A DNA stretch of 64,000 bases from Hamiltosporidium tvaerminnensis FI-OER-3-3. Lineage: Eukaryota; Fungi; Microsporidia. The notes beneath the pieces were generated by a model. It saw only the letters and a list, made by a program, of their open reading frames with translations, was not told the origin of the DNA and ran no database searches. Positions 38,850 to 51,400 of the stretch are shown here, in pieces. The translations under genes and the position numbers were made by a program. The DNA lies in NCBI GenBank assembly GCA_022605425.2, contig CM061252.1:744001-808000 (forward strand), given 5' to 3'. Within the stretch, counting starts at the first letter, position 1. Every line of letters starts with the position of its first letter.

Positions 38850-40350
38850 AAACATAATACCTTAAGCAAGTTATATAAATTAACTTAAATTGAAAATAAA
38901 TTGGGTATTAAGAATATTAGATGAATTCTATCAAAGTAGAAAATGTAAAAATACATAGAGCAGAGAAAAATACACAGTAATAGTTAATTTTTTTGCTTTC
39001 TATTTTCGGTTTTAATTTAACTTGAATTTGTTAAGTTGAATTAGAGAAAAAATTCACATGATTAACATAAAACAAAAGAGGGTTTCATAATACAACCATA
39101 TTTCGATAGGTGTTTTCTCTGTATTTTTATCAAAAAATTAAATCCCACGTAATCACCAAAATAAAATCTTTATCATCTAATCATGAATTTCAAGACATCA
39201 AGAAAACTACACTGCGAATGAGATGTTTGTTAAAAAAAATTTTTACGCTTTGATAGATTAATTTGCATTTATTATGCCGGGGTTGGAAATATTTAGCAAA
39301 TAGAAGCAGTATTTCGAGAGTCAAGTAAAAATTATTTTATGAAGAGATAAAAATCTTTGTTGTAACATCATGATAAGGCAAAATTTGATGTTTCTAATAG
39401 ATTGGTATCTATTCTTATTTATGGTTAGAAAATCTTATTCAATTAATCGGATGATGCAGGGTTAGCCAAATATACAAAGAAAGTATATTTTGTTTCAATT
39501 GTAAGAATAAATTTAAAAATCTGTGTGGTAGGTCAGAAAGAAATGCTGTGTCTTTTCGACAGTGAAATCTGATTTCAACCAAACTTGATAATTTTGTAAA
39601 AAAATGAAATAACAAGAGAAAAACATTGATTAATATATATAAACGATAATCCAAACATACTATTAATACGTCGAGAAGTCCGTTTTTACGCGAAAAAATT
39701 CAATTATACAAACAAATTCTATGTTCTATAAAAAGAGCAGATGAACTAGTACTGACTTTTTTTAGTTTTAAGGTATAAAGTAAGAATTTTATGACCAACT
39801 CAGAGCATCATTCACAAGAGGAATCTATTTTGAAAACACTGATAAAAATACACGATATACCTCAAAAACTAGTAAATTTATTTGACGTTAGTTTAAAATA
39901 TTCCTCTACTTAACTAAATTAGTATCAACAATGAAATTGTAAAACAAATTGTTTATTTCACATAAGTATATTTAATATAAAAAAAAAATTAAATTCATCT
40001 GTAATTTCGCTCTGAAGTTGAGTATTCTGAGTTTTTTTAATTAGCTCACGAATAAGCATTAATATATAAATTAATTATAAAAAATCGATTTATAGACATT
40101 AAAAAAATTTCCAAGTGATCCGCTATAAAAACGCAGATTGATCAGCAAATTTTGTTTGGATTTTTAGAACCTAAAGAAATCTAGATCGCAGGAAACAATA
40201 TTGACTGATAGGGAAAACCTTGCATGTGTTTTTTTCTTGTGCAGATATACCAAAAGGCTAATTAAAATTAACCCTTAATAGTATTTTATTGAAAACAGCG
40301 TATACATCGAAAATAAAGTAAATTTTATTTGCCAAAACAGCAACAAAAAG
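38850..40350 (+). mobile_element. Highly decayed Ty3/gypsy RT-RNaseH relic
   Basis: Ordered remnants: MPGL (~39273), DAGLAKYTKKVYF (AGL..N..KC.F-like), REVRFYAKKFNYTNKF (VR.FLG..NY..F-like), DVS (TDAS-like), DQQIL (TDH..L-like). Confidence 0.5.
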
Positions 40351-40649
40351 GAATATTTCTAAATCATAATATTCTTTTTTTGTCATTATAATCAAGAAAA
40401 TTTGTAAACATATAGTAAATTACTGCAAAAAAATAGCAGTAAATGATAAATTTTATTTTTAATACATTGTTTTGGATGGTTTTTTTAAGGTGCAAATACT
40501 AAAAATAAGTAGTTCAATGCCCGTGTTAGCTCATAAGAAAAGCAATAGATCATTATATTAAGATGGCAGTAAATGTATAATTTAGATATGAAAGAATTGC
40601 GTATTCCATACATGTAAAAATCAATGTGTATGTGTTTAAGGACTGTAAA

Positions 40650-41040
40650 TAAAAGGTGTTATTATTTTTATAAAGGAGTATTGTTTTTATACTAAAGATA
40701 GATCAACTAAAGAGTTAATTATGGGATTTTTATAAAAAGGTGTTGATAAGTGTGGGCGGATTTAAATGGTGTTATGATATAAAGTAGTATATTAAATGGT
40801 GTTAATGTGAAACGATTGTTTAAAGGGTGTTATTTAATTATATTATATTAACCGGTTGTTAATATAGATTGTTTTATGTTAAGCATTGTTGGGCAATTTA
40901 TATAGTTAACGTGTTGCAAATATAGATTGTTATATGGTAAAGATTGTCAATATAAAGAGAAATATGAGCCAGGGTGTTATTTGATAGTCAATGCGCTAAA
41001 GAGTGTTAATATATACTAGTATTATTAAAGAGGTGATTTA
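40650..41040 (+). repeat. Degenerate (A)GGGTGTTA-motif minisatellite
   Basis: Recurring ggtgtta/ggttgtta/gtgttg cores at roughly 25-40-bp spacing, same motif as 55985-56590. Confidence 0.6.
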
Positions 41041-41572
41041 CTGTTCCCAAAAATTTCAACAGTTCTAATGGATAAGTCATTTAAAAGTGTAAATTTCTTT
41101 ACGACTCACCTTTGGAGAGACAATTAAACGCACAAGAGTAAACGCAGCAGTATATAGAATAGTTTGGTTAAAATGTTCATTTTCACATGACAACTCTATG
41201 TAGCCACTTCATTCTTTCAAATATCCCTCGCAATTTTCGTTTAGACATCAAAAATAAACCAAAATTTCTATGTTCAAAAGCATTCGGGAAAATGAATAAA
41301 TGCAGTTCAAATCAATAAACTAATGTATGCTTTCGTTTTTGCTATATTTGAAACCACTTTATTTTATTATCGCAGTAACACGCGCGGGTAAGCCACTTTA
41401 TACAAAAATTTCAGATGTACTTATAAAACATGACTGTAATATAAAAAAAACATTTATATTGAATCATACTTAACCGTACATGGATGATTTGTGTTTAGAC
41501 AAAATCTACAGTGTAATAGTTTTAATTAGAAAAAAAATAAATTTTAAGCTCCAAATAAATATTAATCGAAAT

Positions 41573-43552
41573 TTAATTATCACAATGTTGTTTTTCATCA
41601 TCGATTTCAGAATTAGTATATATATTTTCCATTCTCTTTTTGCAGAGAAGAGCAGACATATTAATATAAACATCTGAATATGCTTGATCATTGAGCCCGA
41701 CTTTTATATAATGATTGAATATAACACAAAGAGCTTCGGAAAATTTCATCATTCTTGTCAAATCTACACAGTTAGATGCAATTTTTTCAATATCGGAAGA
41801 TTCAAAATAAATTTTTACATCAGAAACCGATTTCCTCAAAGCACCATCCTCATCATAAAACGATTCCGATTGTGGAGCATCATACTTTAAGAAATCAATA
41901 TAAGCTAATATAATTTTTTTATAAAATATTTTAAATTCACAAATATCTTTGTAATCATTACTAGTTGAAGATGAACACATATTTCTCAGGAAACTTGATA
42001 GAGCTCGAAAATATTCTTTACAGTTTAAATCAAAAAAACTTTGTTTTTGTATTTGTCGAAGAAAAATTATGATTTCATCTGGATAAATTCTAAGTATACA
42101 GTCTGATATGACTCTGCTGAATCCGATATACTTATCAAAGATTATATGACTATTTTTATTGCAAAATCGAAGACTTTTTTTGATGAAGTCAAGCATATAT
42201 ATAGATTCGGCAAAAATTTCCGTTTTGAGGAAAATATGCCTCGCTATTGTATCAAAGGATTCATATTGTCTTACCATATCATGAAAAATATTTTTATTTC
42301 CGCCGTACATATCATAATCTTGGTATTTCGAGTAGCAAGTTTTTACAGATGTGTTCCTATGTTCATTTTTAATTGGAATTATACTAAGAAATTGTACATA
42401 TTTAAGGAGTAGAGTCCATAAGCACGAATTTTTCACTAAATTAATATTATGGGCAATTATATTTCGTATAAAGTGTTTAAAATGTATCAAACCCGAATAG
42501 TAAACAAATAAAGGAGAATCATCATCGCATAGATTAACTTTTTCGATGCATTCTAACATATTTCCGCTCAAATGACAAAGTATATCATATTTCTCAAATT
42601 TATCCCAGAAATTTTTTTCTTTTTCTGCGACTGAATCTATTAAATTAATAAAGGGTGTAGGATCTTTATGTATACGATTTGCATCAATATAGAAATCACC
42701 TGATATAAAAGTTTGTATATCTGTATAACATAAATCTTCTTTTGAGTCACTAAACACTGCATATGACCTTCTTTTTGTATTGATCATCTCTTTAAAATAT
42801 CCGGTTGGTGGTGGGCCTAATTTAAGTTTTAATGTTTTCTTTGTCGATTCTGGCTGTGATTTAGACATTCGAGTTCTTTTTTTAAAGGGTGATGAGTTTA
42901 TATCTTCCATAAAATCTGAATACGAACGAATAAGTGTTGACTTATCTTCAACTTCTGCATTGGATAGATTAGCAGGGATTTTTCTTTTTTTAAAACCATC
43001 ATCTTGTTCATCAGAATAACGATCCCAACAACATGGTTCAAGTTTATTGATTTTTAAAGCTTCTAATCTTTCACAATCATAGCTATCACAACGTGTTGAG
43101 GAAACAGATGATCGACCTGTATCATAGTTCTTCGGATAGCTTCTATATAATTTATTTCTTTTATGAGAACCATAAGTATAGTGGGGATTTTTTTTAAAAT
43201 ACGATTTCTTGATTCTACTTCCTGTTTTATTAAAATTATTAGAATTTTTGGCAAGAAGATCATTAGTCGAAAAAGAGGCTGCTATGGTTTCTTGTTTAAT
43301 ATCGCAAGTATCATCATGGTCATTGTCAGCAGCTTCTTTGTGCAACTCAATAGTCGATTCTTCTTTAACAAAAACATTATTTGAATATCTTTGATCCTGC
43401 GCACTTAATTCTGAATTAAAGGTGTAATTCGTTAGATTGTCTTCAATTTTTATAGAAAGTATATTGTTCTGGTGTGCAGGTTCTGAGGAATTGATTCTAC
43501 TAAAAATGCAAAAAGCCCAAAGATTTATCATGTATGGGACTAAAAGTTTCAT
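41573..43552 (-). CDS. Secreted paralogous-family protein, 659 aa
   Basis: Signal-peptide-like MKLLVPYMINLWAFCIFS. Shares FISGDFYID, GLIHFKHFIRN, INLVKNSCLW and IARHIFLKT with the 649-aa paralog. Confidence 0.9.
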   Translation of the reverse strand: MKLLVPYMINLWAFCIFSRINSSEPAHQNNILSIKIEDNLTNYTFNSELSAQDQRYSNNVFVKEESTIELHKEAADNDHDDTCDIKQETIAASFSTNDLLAKNSNNFNKTGSRIKKSYFKKNPHYTYGSHKRNKLYRSYPKNYDTGRSSVSSTRCDSYDCERLEALKINKLEPCCWDRYSDEQDDGFKKRKIPANLSNAEVEDKSTLIRSYSDFMEDINSSPFKKRTRMSKSQPESTKKTLKLKLGPPPTGYFKEMINTKRRSYAVFSDSKEDLCYTDIQTFISGDFYIDANRIHKDPTPFINLIDSVAEKEKNFWDKFEKYDILCHLSGNMLECIEKVNLCDDDSPLFVYYSGLIHFKHFIRNIIAHNINLVKNSCLWTLLLKYVQFLSIIPIKNEHRNTSVKTCYSKYQDYDMYGGNKNIFHDMVRQYESFDTIARHIFLKTEIFAESIYMLDFIKKSLRFCNKNSHIIFDKYIGFSRVISDCILRIYPDEIIIFLRQIQKQSFFDLNCKEYFRALSSFLRNMCSSSTSNDYKDICEFKIFYKKIILAYIDFLKYDAPQSESFYDEDGALRKSVSDVKIYFESSDIEKIASNCVDLTRMMKFSEALCVIFNHYIKVGLNDQAYSDVYINMSALLCKKRMENIYTNSEIDDEKQHCDN

Positions 43553-44589
43553 TATATATGTTAAATATATTAATTAATTTGATTTTTAATTAAAATATAC
43601 CGATAAAATATATTTACTGCCAACATTTTTTTTAATCTAAACATTGATTAAGAAATCTTCTTGCTTTCTAAAAAATATAGTAAAATTGAAAAAAATTTAA
43701 TTTTAAGATTTTTTACTGAAAGAAAAGTCTCTCCTATTGGAAAAATGGAAAGTATTTGTAAAATTTGGCAAAATATCTCTATATTATTTAAACGCATACT
43801 TAGGTATATGAAAACGGTAGAGATTGTCAAAATTTATTTAATTTCAAACAAATATTAGTAACGTCTGGTTCATTTCATTCCCCATATGTTTAGCTGTTTC
43901 TAACAAAAGGTATCTAACACAATTTATTTATAATAAAATTTTATTTTTGATTAATTCTGAAATTGATTTGTAAAACATAAAAAATAGATAATTACGCTTA
44001 AGATACAGAAAAAACTCGGTTTATTTTTATATTATCTGTATGTAAGTTGTGCCTTTGTAAAACATTAAGGTTATATCCATGCTTCTTTAAGAAGATAATT
44101 TATTCCCTAAAATTGTACTTAATAAATTTTCGCTCTTTTAAATAAGTTTTTAGCAATTTTAACTACTCACTTTTACTCTTATAAATCAGAACCTCACATA
44201 TTTTTTTTGTTGCGTTATCTAACTAGTTTCAATATCTAAAATACCGAGTTCGAGATTTTTTCATTCATGATTTTAGCAGCAATTTCCTCTATACTAGCGT
44301 ACTTATAAAGAGCATTGTTTTCCCGTGAAAATTCACTTATTTTAAAACCGATTGCGCTTTTCAGCATCTTTTCAGGGATTTAATTCCGACTCTTACCTAT
44401 TCGTAAATTAAAAGAATTCATTTACTGTATTCTAAAGTAAAATCAAGTAACTTTATGTCTATTTATTCATTGGCATTTGTAATATTTTACGGTAATGTTT
44501 TTACGCTCGGGCAAATTCGTCACAGGTTTTAAATATATATAATTTAACACATACTTAAGAATAAGCAGTCACTCAATGCTACTAAAAAA

Positions 44590-47500
44590 CCTCAAAAATT
44601 TCTCATTCCCTTAAACTCAGTGAATCTATTGAAGTTATTCATACATTTATGAGTGCTTTCTTATGTTTTAATCTATCTAAAATAAATATATATAGGTCAT
44701 TTTTCCGAATCTTGCCATCTGTTCTTATTTCGCGTCTTTTCATATTTTCGAATTCTCATTATCAAGGATTTCTTAAACCGAGGGACTTCTAAGCCGTTTT
44801 GGGATTCAAATCTAGATCTATTTAGAATAAGAGGGTGTAAGCATCGTAAAAACTTCACTATGTCGTCGGATTTATCAATGGATGGATTTTGTCTCACACT
44901 GATTCGCCAAACTATCAGCTGATTTACCTAATTTATTACAGTGATGGTGCATACCTTCTGCTTTTTAGAAAATATTTTAATTTTGGATATAACATAACAC
45001 TGCTGCAATACATAATCTAATGTTCTATTTCTTTGGCCATCTATAATCATCGCAAATACTCACAAGCTCTTTTTTTTATGCCTTACATAGCGTTGAGTAA
45101 AGTTTTGATTTTTCTATTTCCTTATATAATTTTGCAAATTAAGCTTAATCTGCATTCTTTTTGGTGATTCTGCTTTTTCCTATATTTTACTATTAAGAAG
45201 TATTTCATAAGTGGAGGATGAGTTATATTAGTATTCTCTACTTTTAAGATTGCTGCTCGTCCAATCGATATTTCTTTACTCTTCTCCAGACGACCCCAAG
45301 GTTGTGAAAGAAAATGTTCATTTTGAACTACACTGTAAAAACCTCTTCGAAGTTCTTTTATAGTCAGATAGAGGCGTTCTTTATATCTTGGGTGAATATC
45401 TACATTGTTTTAATTAACAAAACTGTACGCTATTACCATCTAGGTTAAATAACTCCACCAATTACAGTAAAAGTACACTTAAGTGATAGTTGATAAACAA
45501 TTGCACAGGTTGAAAGATCAGAAGACTCACTTTTTTGTGTTTAAAAAGGTGCAAACAATTTATTCAATTCTTAATATCAGCCTGCTTTGCACATCTTCTA
45601 AATAGTTAAGTACCAGATTACTCCCTTTATCTTCTATTATTCCAAGGCATTTATGAACTCCAATACCTTCAAAAATAGTAGCAGTATCTTCGCAACTTGT
45701 GTCATCAATGGCTGAAATTTCTCTATTACACACGAACAAAAGACTTCGAATTTCTTTTGCTCATACTGATATTGAAAAACCGTAATCAACACATATAGGA
45801 GAGTTTATGATCATTTAAACGTCAAATTATTGGTATTAGAGAAACATAATTCACATTCAATAGAGTTTTAAATATTTATAATTATGTTTTACGGCTGATA
45901 TGATCTAAAAAAACACATTAAGATTAATTGAAAAAAGTATCTATTGCCAAAACATTCTTACGGGGTTCTTTTTCAAAATTTTTATAGCCTTACAGCACTA
46001 TATATTACTTTTTCTACATAGTTACCTATAATAATTGACCCAAGAATCGGGTAAATCAAAGTTCTTGATAAATAATCACATGTTTTTTGGCATCATATCA
46101 AGTTCTCTTAATTTTCTTGAGTAATTTTTATTACGAAAATTACGTAAGGACTGCTCTTTCGATCTTTGTACACCTTTCAAAGCCTAAAGTCGGAATAAGC
46201 AGTAACCTTTGGTCTTTAAAGAAAAAAAGTTGTAAAGCACATAGATGTGGGCTTGAGACATGCTTTAATACAACCCATTGGTCTGTAGAATAATCTTTTT
46301 AGAGTAAACATTTTTGATTCCGGCAAAACAGCCCGAAATTAAACTTATTACACGGTGATTATTTTTAGAAGCCTGAACTTAAAAATTTCAAAAATATATT
46401 TATAATGAGTTGTAAGTTTCTTGATAAACGAAAATTGTAGAATCTATAGTTTCGAATGCTTTCTAATCAAAGATCCAATTTATTATACTATTAAATGTAT
46501 CAAACAAAGAAGATATGACTAGTTTCTTATCTGATATAAATGAATCAAAGAATCATCTTGCGTGATTGATAGTAAATTTTGTCTCATATTGTAGGGCAAG
46601 GGCTTTAAAATTAGCCATGACTAACCATGCCCAGAATAAACAAGTTCAGGTAGCTTTCACTAAAATTGAATTCGAGACATCTCAGAAATGCGATTATCTC
46701 TTTCAAATTGCATCTATTTTACTTCATCATAGGCTTTTTAAGATAGACATTATAAGACTCAACCTTCTTAACTAGACCCTAGAAAGATAACACATATTTC
46801 ATAAGTTGAAGGAGACTCTCAAAAAATTTAAAGACTTTGTGGTTCAAATTGTTGAGTTTGTTCTGTCTTAGATGTTCTCGAATATATCTTTAGACTGTAG
46901 ACTAAGAGATTTTATACTCTATGTTTTCCTTATAGCGAGTCTGGGCTTCCTTTTAAGCGCTGTATTATCGTAACATCTATACGCAAAGTCAAAAGCAAAA
47001 CCAGGCATCCGTGCTTACGTATTCTCTGTCTGTTGTCGGTGTAGCTGTCTCGGTTTTCTATTGTCACTTGATTTATTTAGGTGGTTTTGACTTCGAACCA
47101 CGCCATTTTTATTATTTTAACTGAGATTTCCTTGATTTTATTCAAAAATTATCTCCCGGGTTTATGTGCACAATGCAATTAATCATGAAATATCGTTCAG
47201 TGAGACAAGAGGGGTTTTCTGTTCTTTCCACCCCTTCCTGAATTTACCTTCCTATATATTCTTCTCTGCTAATGTTTTGCAGATCGAGAGCTAACTAGCT
47301 GCCGATTTCTCACCTTAGATCTTTTGGAACTTTGTTCAACCAATTTGAAGCATTCTTTAAAACCTTGTCTGTAGTTCAAAAAAAATGTTTGAGGTCATGC
47401 CTGAGAAGTTAATCGTACAGAAAAATGGATTAGCCGAAGTGCCATTAAACTGTTACCTTGAACAATGCTAGAATACGGGGACTTGTCATGTGATACTATA

Positions 47501-47760
47501 GCCTGCACGTGAGGCTTAAGCAGAAGAGAAATGTGGCGTGCTAGACCAAGGCAAGGTTTAATTACAAGGTTTTGCGTGTTATTACATGTTTGGCTTGATG
47601 ATAGATGTGTCATTTTGATAGATAAAGAAAAAAATATAAAATTCGCTGTTATGTTTCCTCGATTTGCCCCACCATTTTACTATTAAACACCTCTCAGTTT
47701 TGTTTGCGGCGTTTATTTCTCTTATTTGTTGTTCGCTTTCGAGATATTTCTTTATACAAT
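44590..47760 (-). mobile_element. Old, decayed near-full-length copy of the RT-RLE LINE
   Basis: Colinear with 48950-52240, e.g. LRCLHPLILNR ~ VRCLHLLLLNR, gattgctgctcgtc, gcagtatcttcgcaac, aaaccttgtctgta. Many indels and stops. Confidence 0.88.
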
Positions 47761-47921
47761 TAAAATTTGGTTATAAAATGTAAAAAATGCAAAAAGTACA
47801 TTTTTATAAACTATTCAGCAATATTTTTCTACTATGAATTTCGATATTATGGATTTTTATTTTCCGTTTTGGATTTTCTTTTTTTTACAAAAATATCAAA
47901 AGATGAAATCCATAACCCTAC

Positions 47922-48353
47922 ATGACAGACGGTCCTAGATTAAACAAACTAAAACAAATATATACAAAAGCTATACAACAAACCACAACAAATACAACCC
48001 TCCAATCCGATTTACTTTCACTATTTAAACAACATCTTTCAACCTACAACGTATCTATCAAACTAAACCTACTCGATACACTTATTTCCAACAATCATAT
48101 AAACCTAAGAGATATCTCTTCATCTTCATATATAAAAGAAGTTTATGAATCGTACATTGTAGATGATAAAAGCAATTTTATTTCATATTTAAATACACAA
48201 ATTGAAAAAGTAAAAAATAGTAAAAATGATGTAGAAAACGAAGTATCAGAAATAAATTCTCAAATAAAGGAATACGATTTGAAAATAAACGAATTGGAAG
48301 AAGAAAGTAAAAGTGTTTTAGAAAAGGCAGAACAACTTGAAAGCACTTTTTAG
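47922..48353 (+). CDS. Nnf1/PMF1-like kinetochore (Mis12/MIND) subunit
   Basis: GPRLNKLKQIYTKAI and YNVSIKLNLLDTLI fit the Nnf1 pattern, followed by a C-terminal coiled coil. CCC motif before the ATG. Confidence 0.65.
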   Translation: MTDGPRLNKLKQIYTKAIQQTTTNTTLQSDLLSLFKQHLSTYNVSIKLNLLDTLISNNHINLRDISSSSYIKEVYESYIVDDKSNFISYLNTQIEKVKNSKNDVENEVSEINSQIKEYDLKINELEEESKSVLEKAEQLESTF

Positions 48354-48438
48354 TTTAGTATTTGTATTTCTTCATTAAAATTTTCATTCTTTTATTCATC
48401 AATCTCCTAAATCAAAAGCTATAAAAATAAAATTTTTA

Positions 48439-51400
48439 TTTAATAAAATTCTGGGTTAAAATATTTTTTACCATTTTTACATGTTTTCTTCTACCTCTTT
48501 GACCACTTTTGTCTCTTCTTCCAAATCCGACTCTTCATTTATGTTATTGGTCGGTTCCTCTAAAGTGGTTCCTCCTTGTAAAATAAAGGGGGCTTTATAT
48601 TTTGGTTTAAAATTTTTGGCACCATCTTCCTCTGTTTTCGCTTCTTTTAAAGGGGGTATTGGTTCCTCATGCATCTCTGATCTCATAATAACACCCATTG
48701 ACGCTCTCTCCCAGCTCTCTTCGGCATTTAGTCCTGACTCAAGTCCTCTTCGTCGATCAAAGGAAATAGTTTCGACTGTCTTTTTAAGTACTATAGACTG
48801 AATGTATGCTTCTACATTCATGGGTATTTCTAGTCTTTTAAGATGAGATTTATGGTATTTTGTCACAATACCGTCCCAGGTCATCACATAAGGGATTATC
48901 TCAACACTACACTTATAAATAAGGCCCAACTCATTGGCTAGCAGGTCATACTTCCTTAGTTTTTCAGTTTCAACTATTTGAAGTGAATCTTGGGAAGTGA
49001 TTCCTACTTCAATGAGTGTTATCTTATTCTTCTTCTTATCTAAAATAAATATGTCCGGTCTGTTATTCCGAATTTTAACATCAGTTTTAATTCTGGTGTC
49101 CACTCTTATCTCTGCATACTCATTATCAAGAATTTCTTGAACTGAGTGGCTCCTTATTCGTTTTGAAGACTTAAACTTATATCTATTTAGAAGGAGAAGG
49201 TGTAGGCATCTAACCACTTCATTATGCCGTCTAGTGTAATCATGGCCTAGCATTTTTTCACATCTAGTTGCTAGATGATCCACAGTCTTACCAGACTTCC
49301 CGCAATGTTGACACACACCATCTGCTCCCCAGAATACATTTCTATCCTGGATATAGCAGAACACAGCTTCATTTCGTGGCCTAATATTTCCTCTCTTTAG
49401 CCATCTTGAAGAGTCACTAACACTCACAAGCTCATTTTTCCTTGCATTATATAACTTTGAATGGAGTTTTCGTTTTTCTATTTCGTTATATAGTTTTGCA
49501 AGTTGAGCTTCTTCTAAACTTTTCTTAGTGACTTCTTCTACCAACCTGTACTTTACTTTTAAGAAGCCTTTTATTAGTGCAAGATGGGTTTTATTATTAT
49601 TCTCCACCTTGAGGATTGCTGCTCGTCTAGTTGATATTTCTTTACTTTTTTCCAGACAATCCAAGAGTTGCAGAAGCATATGTTCGCTTCGCAACTCAAC
49701 ACTATGTAGACCTCTTCCAAGTTCTGTTCTAGGAAGATACAACCGCTCTTTACATCCTGGGCGGAGATGTATCTTATTTTTAACCAACACCGCACGCACT
49801 GCCTCATCTAACTTAGAGAAGTCAGCCGGTTCAAGTCGAAGTACTCCTATGTGGTAGTTGATTAACGATATCGCATGTTGATTGATTGCAGAAAATAAAT
49901 TTTTTGCATTTAATCTAGTGTGACAAAGTCTTTCAACTCTTGATATAAGTTTGCTCTGTACTTCTTCAAATGAGCTACGTGTTGGGATTCCTCTGCTATC
50001 TTCTATTATTCCTAAATATTTGTAAACACTAACACCTTCTAGAAGAGTAGCAGTATCTTCACAACACGTATCATTTGTGGCTGACTTCTCTTTGTTAATC
50101 TCTAAGCCAATCACCTCTAAAAATTCCTTTGCCTCGCCTGTCATAGCACTCAATGTGGAGCTGTCTTTTGCAAGGAGCTTAAGATCATCAATAAACAAGA
50201 GATGATTAGTAGAATGGGATTCTGCATCTGTTTGTACTGTCACTTTTGTGTATTTTTCATTAAGCTTTCGGCTTAATGGATCCATACACAACACAAATAA
50301 CAAAGGTGACAGACTATCTCCTTGTAGAATCCCTCTATCAATCTTCTTGCTCATGATTTTTTCAGGCCCTACTGATATATCAATTTTCCATTTTGATATA
50401 ATTACCTTAATAAATTTCAGGATCCAATCAGGTAAATTAAGGTTTTCAATGCATTGAGTTAAATAAGCATGATCTATTGAATCATAAGCTTTTTTAACAT
50501 CAATCCATGTTGCCTTAAGATTATTTCCATACTCTTTATTTAAGGCAATATTCAGTAGAGCCTGCTCTTTCGCTCCCTGCACACCTCTTACCGCCCCTAG
50601 TTGGTTCTCTGCAAGCAACCCTCGCCTTTCCACTTCAAGTTGAACGACTTTCGTTACACACTTTGTCGTTAACTTATAGAGGTTGGACATACAAGTGATT
50701 GGCCTGTAGTCAGAGCCTCTTCGTGGAATTCCTTTCGGTATCAAATACGTAAGCCCGCAGTAAAACCAATCAGCTTGAGGTGTTCCTTCTAAACATATAA
50801 CTTTCACAATATCATAAAGATATTTGTGAAGAGTTGTAAGTTTCTTAATGAAAAAATTGTAAATACCATCAATTCCAGCAGCTTTCCAATTAGGGAGCCA
50901 ATTAATGATATTCACAAATTCATCAAGTGAAGGAAACGTGGTCGGATGATTATCTGATACAAATGGAATCAAATAATCATCGTACGTGACTGTGTCATCA
51001 TTTTTGTTCCACATTGTAGACCAAAAACTCATAATTTCATCACGGCTAACCACATGCTCGGATTCCACACGCTCGGATAACCCACGATAAAATCGACCTC
51101 GGAAAAGCTCAAACATACGATTCTCTTTTCGGAATTGCTTCCTACTTTCATGCATCGTAATTTTTTTCTCGTAAACATTCAAAGACTCATTCTTCTTAAC
51201 TAAAGCCTCAGAAAGATCAGTTACGCTGCTCAAGTTTAAATTAAACTCTCGCATGATTTTCTTAAGGCTCTTCGTTTCCGAAGTGGAGAGCTTTTCCTGC
51301 TTACGAGCTTTCTCGAGGAGATCTTTGGAAAGTACTAACTTAGAAATTTTACTTTCTATGTTTTCCTTCCAAGCGGATCTAGGCTTCTCTTTACGTGTTG

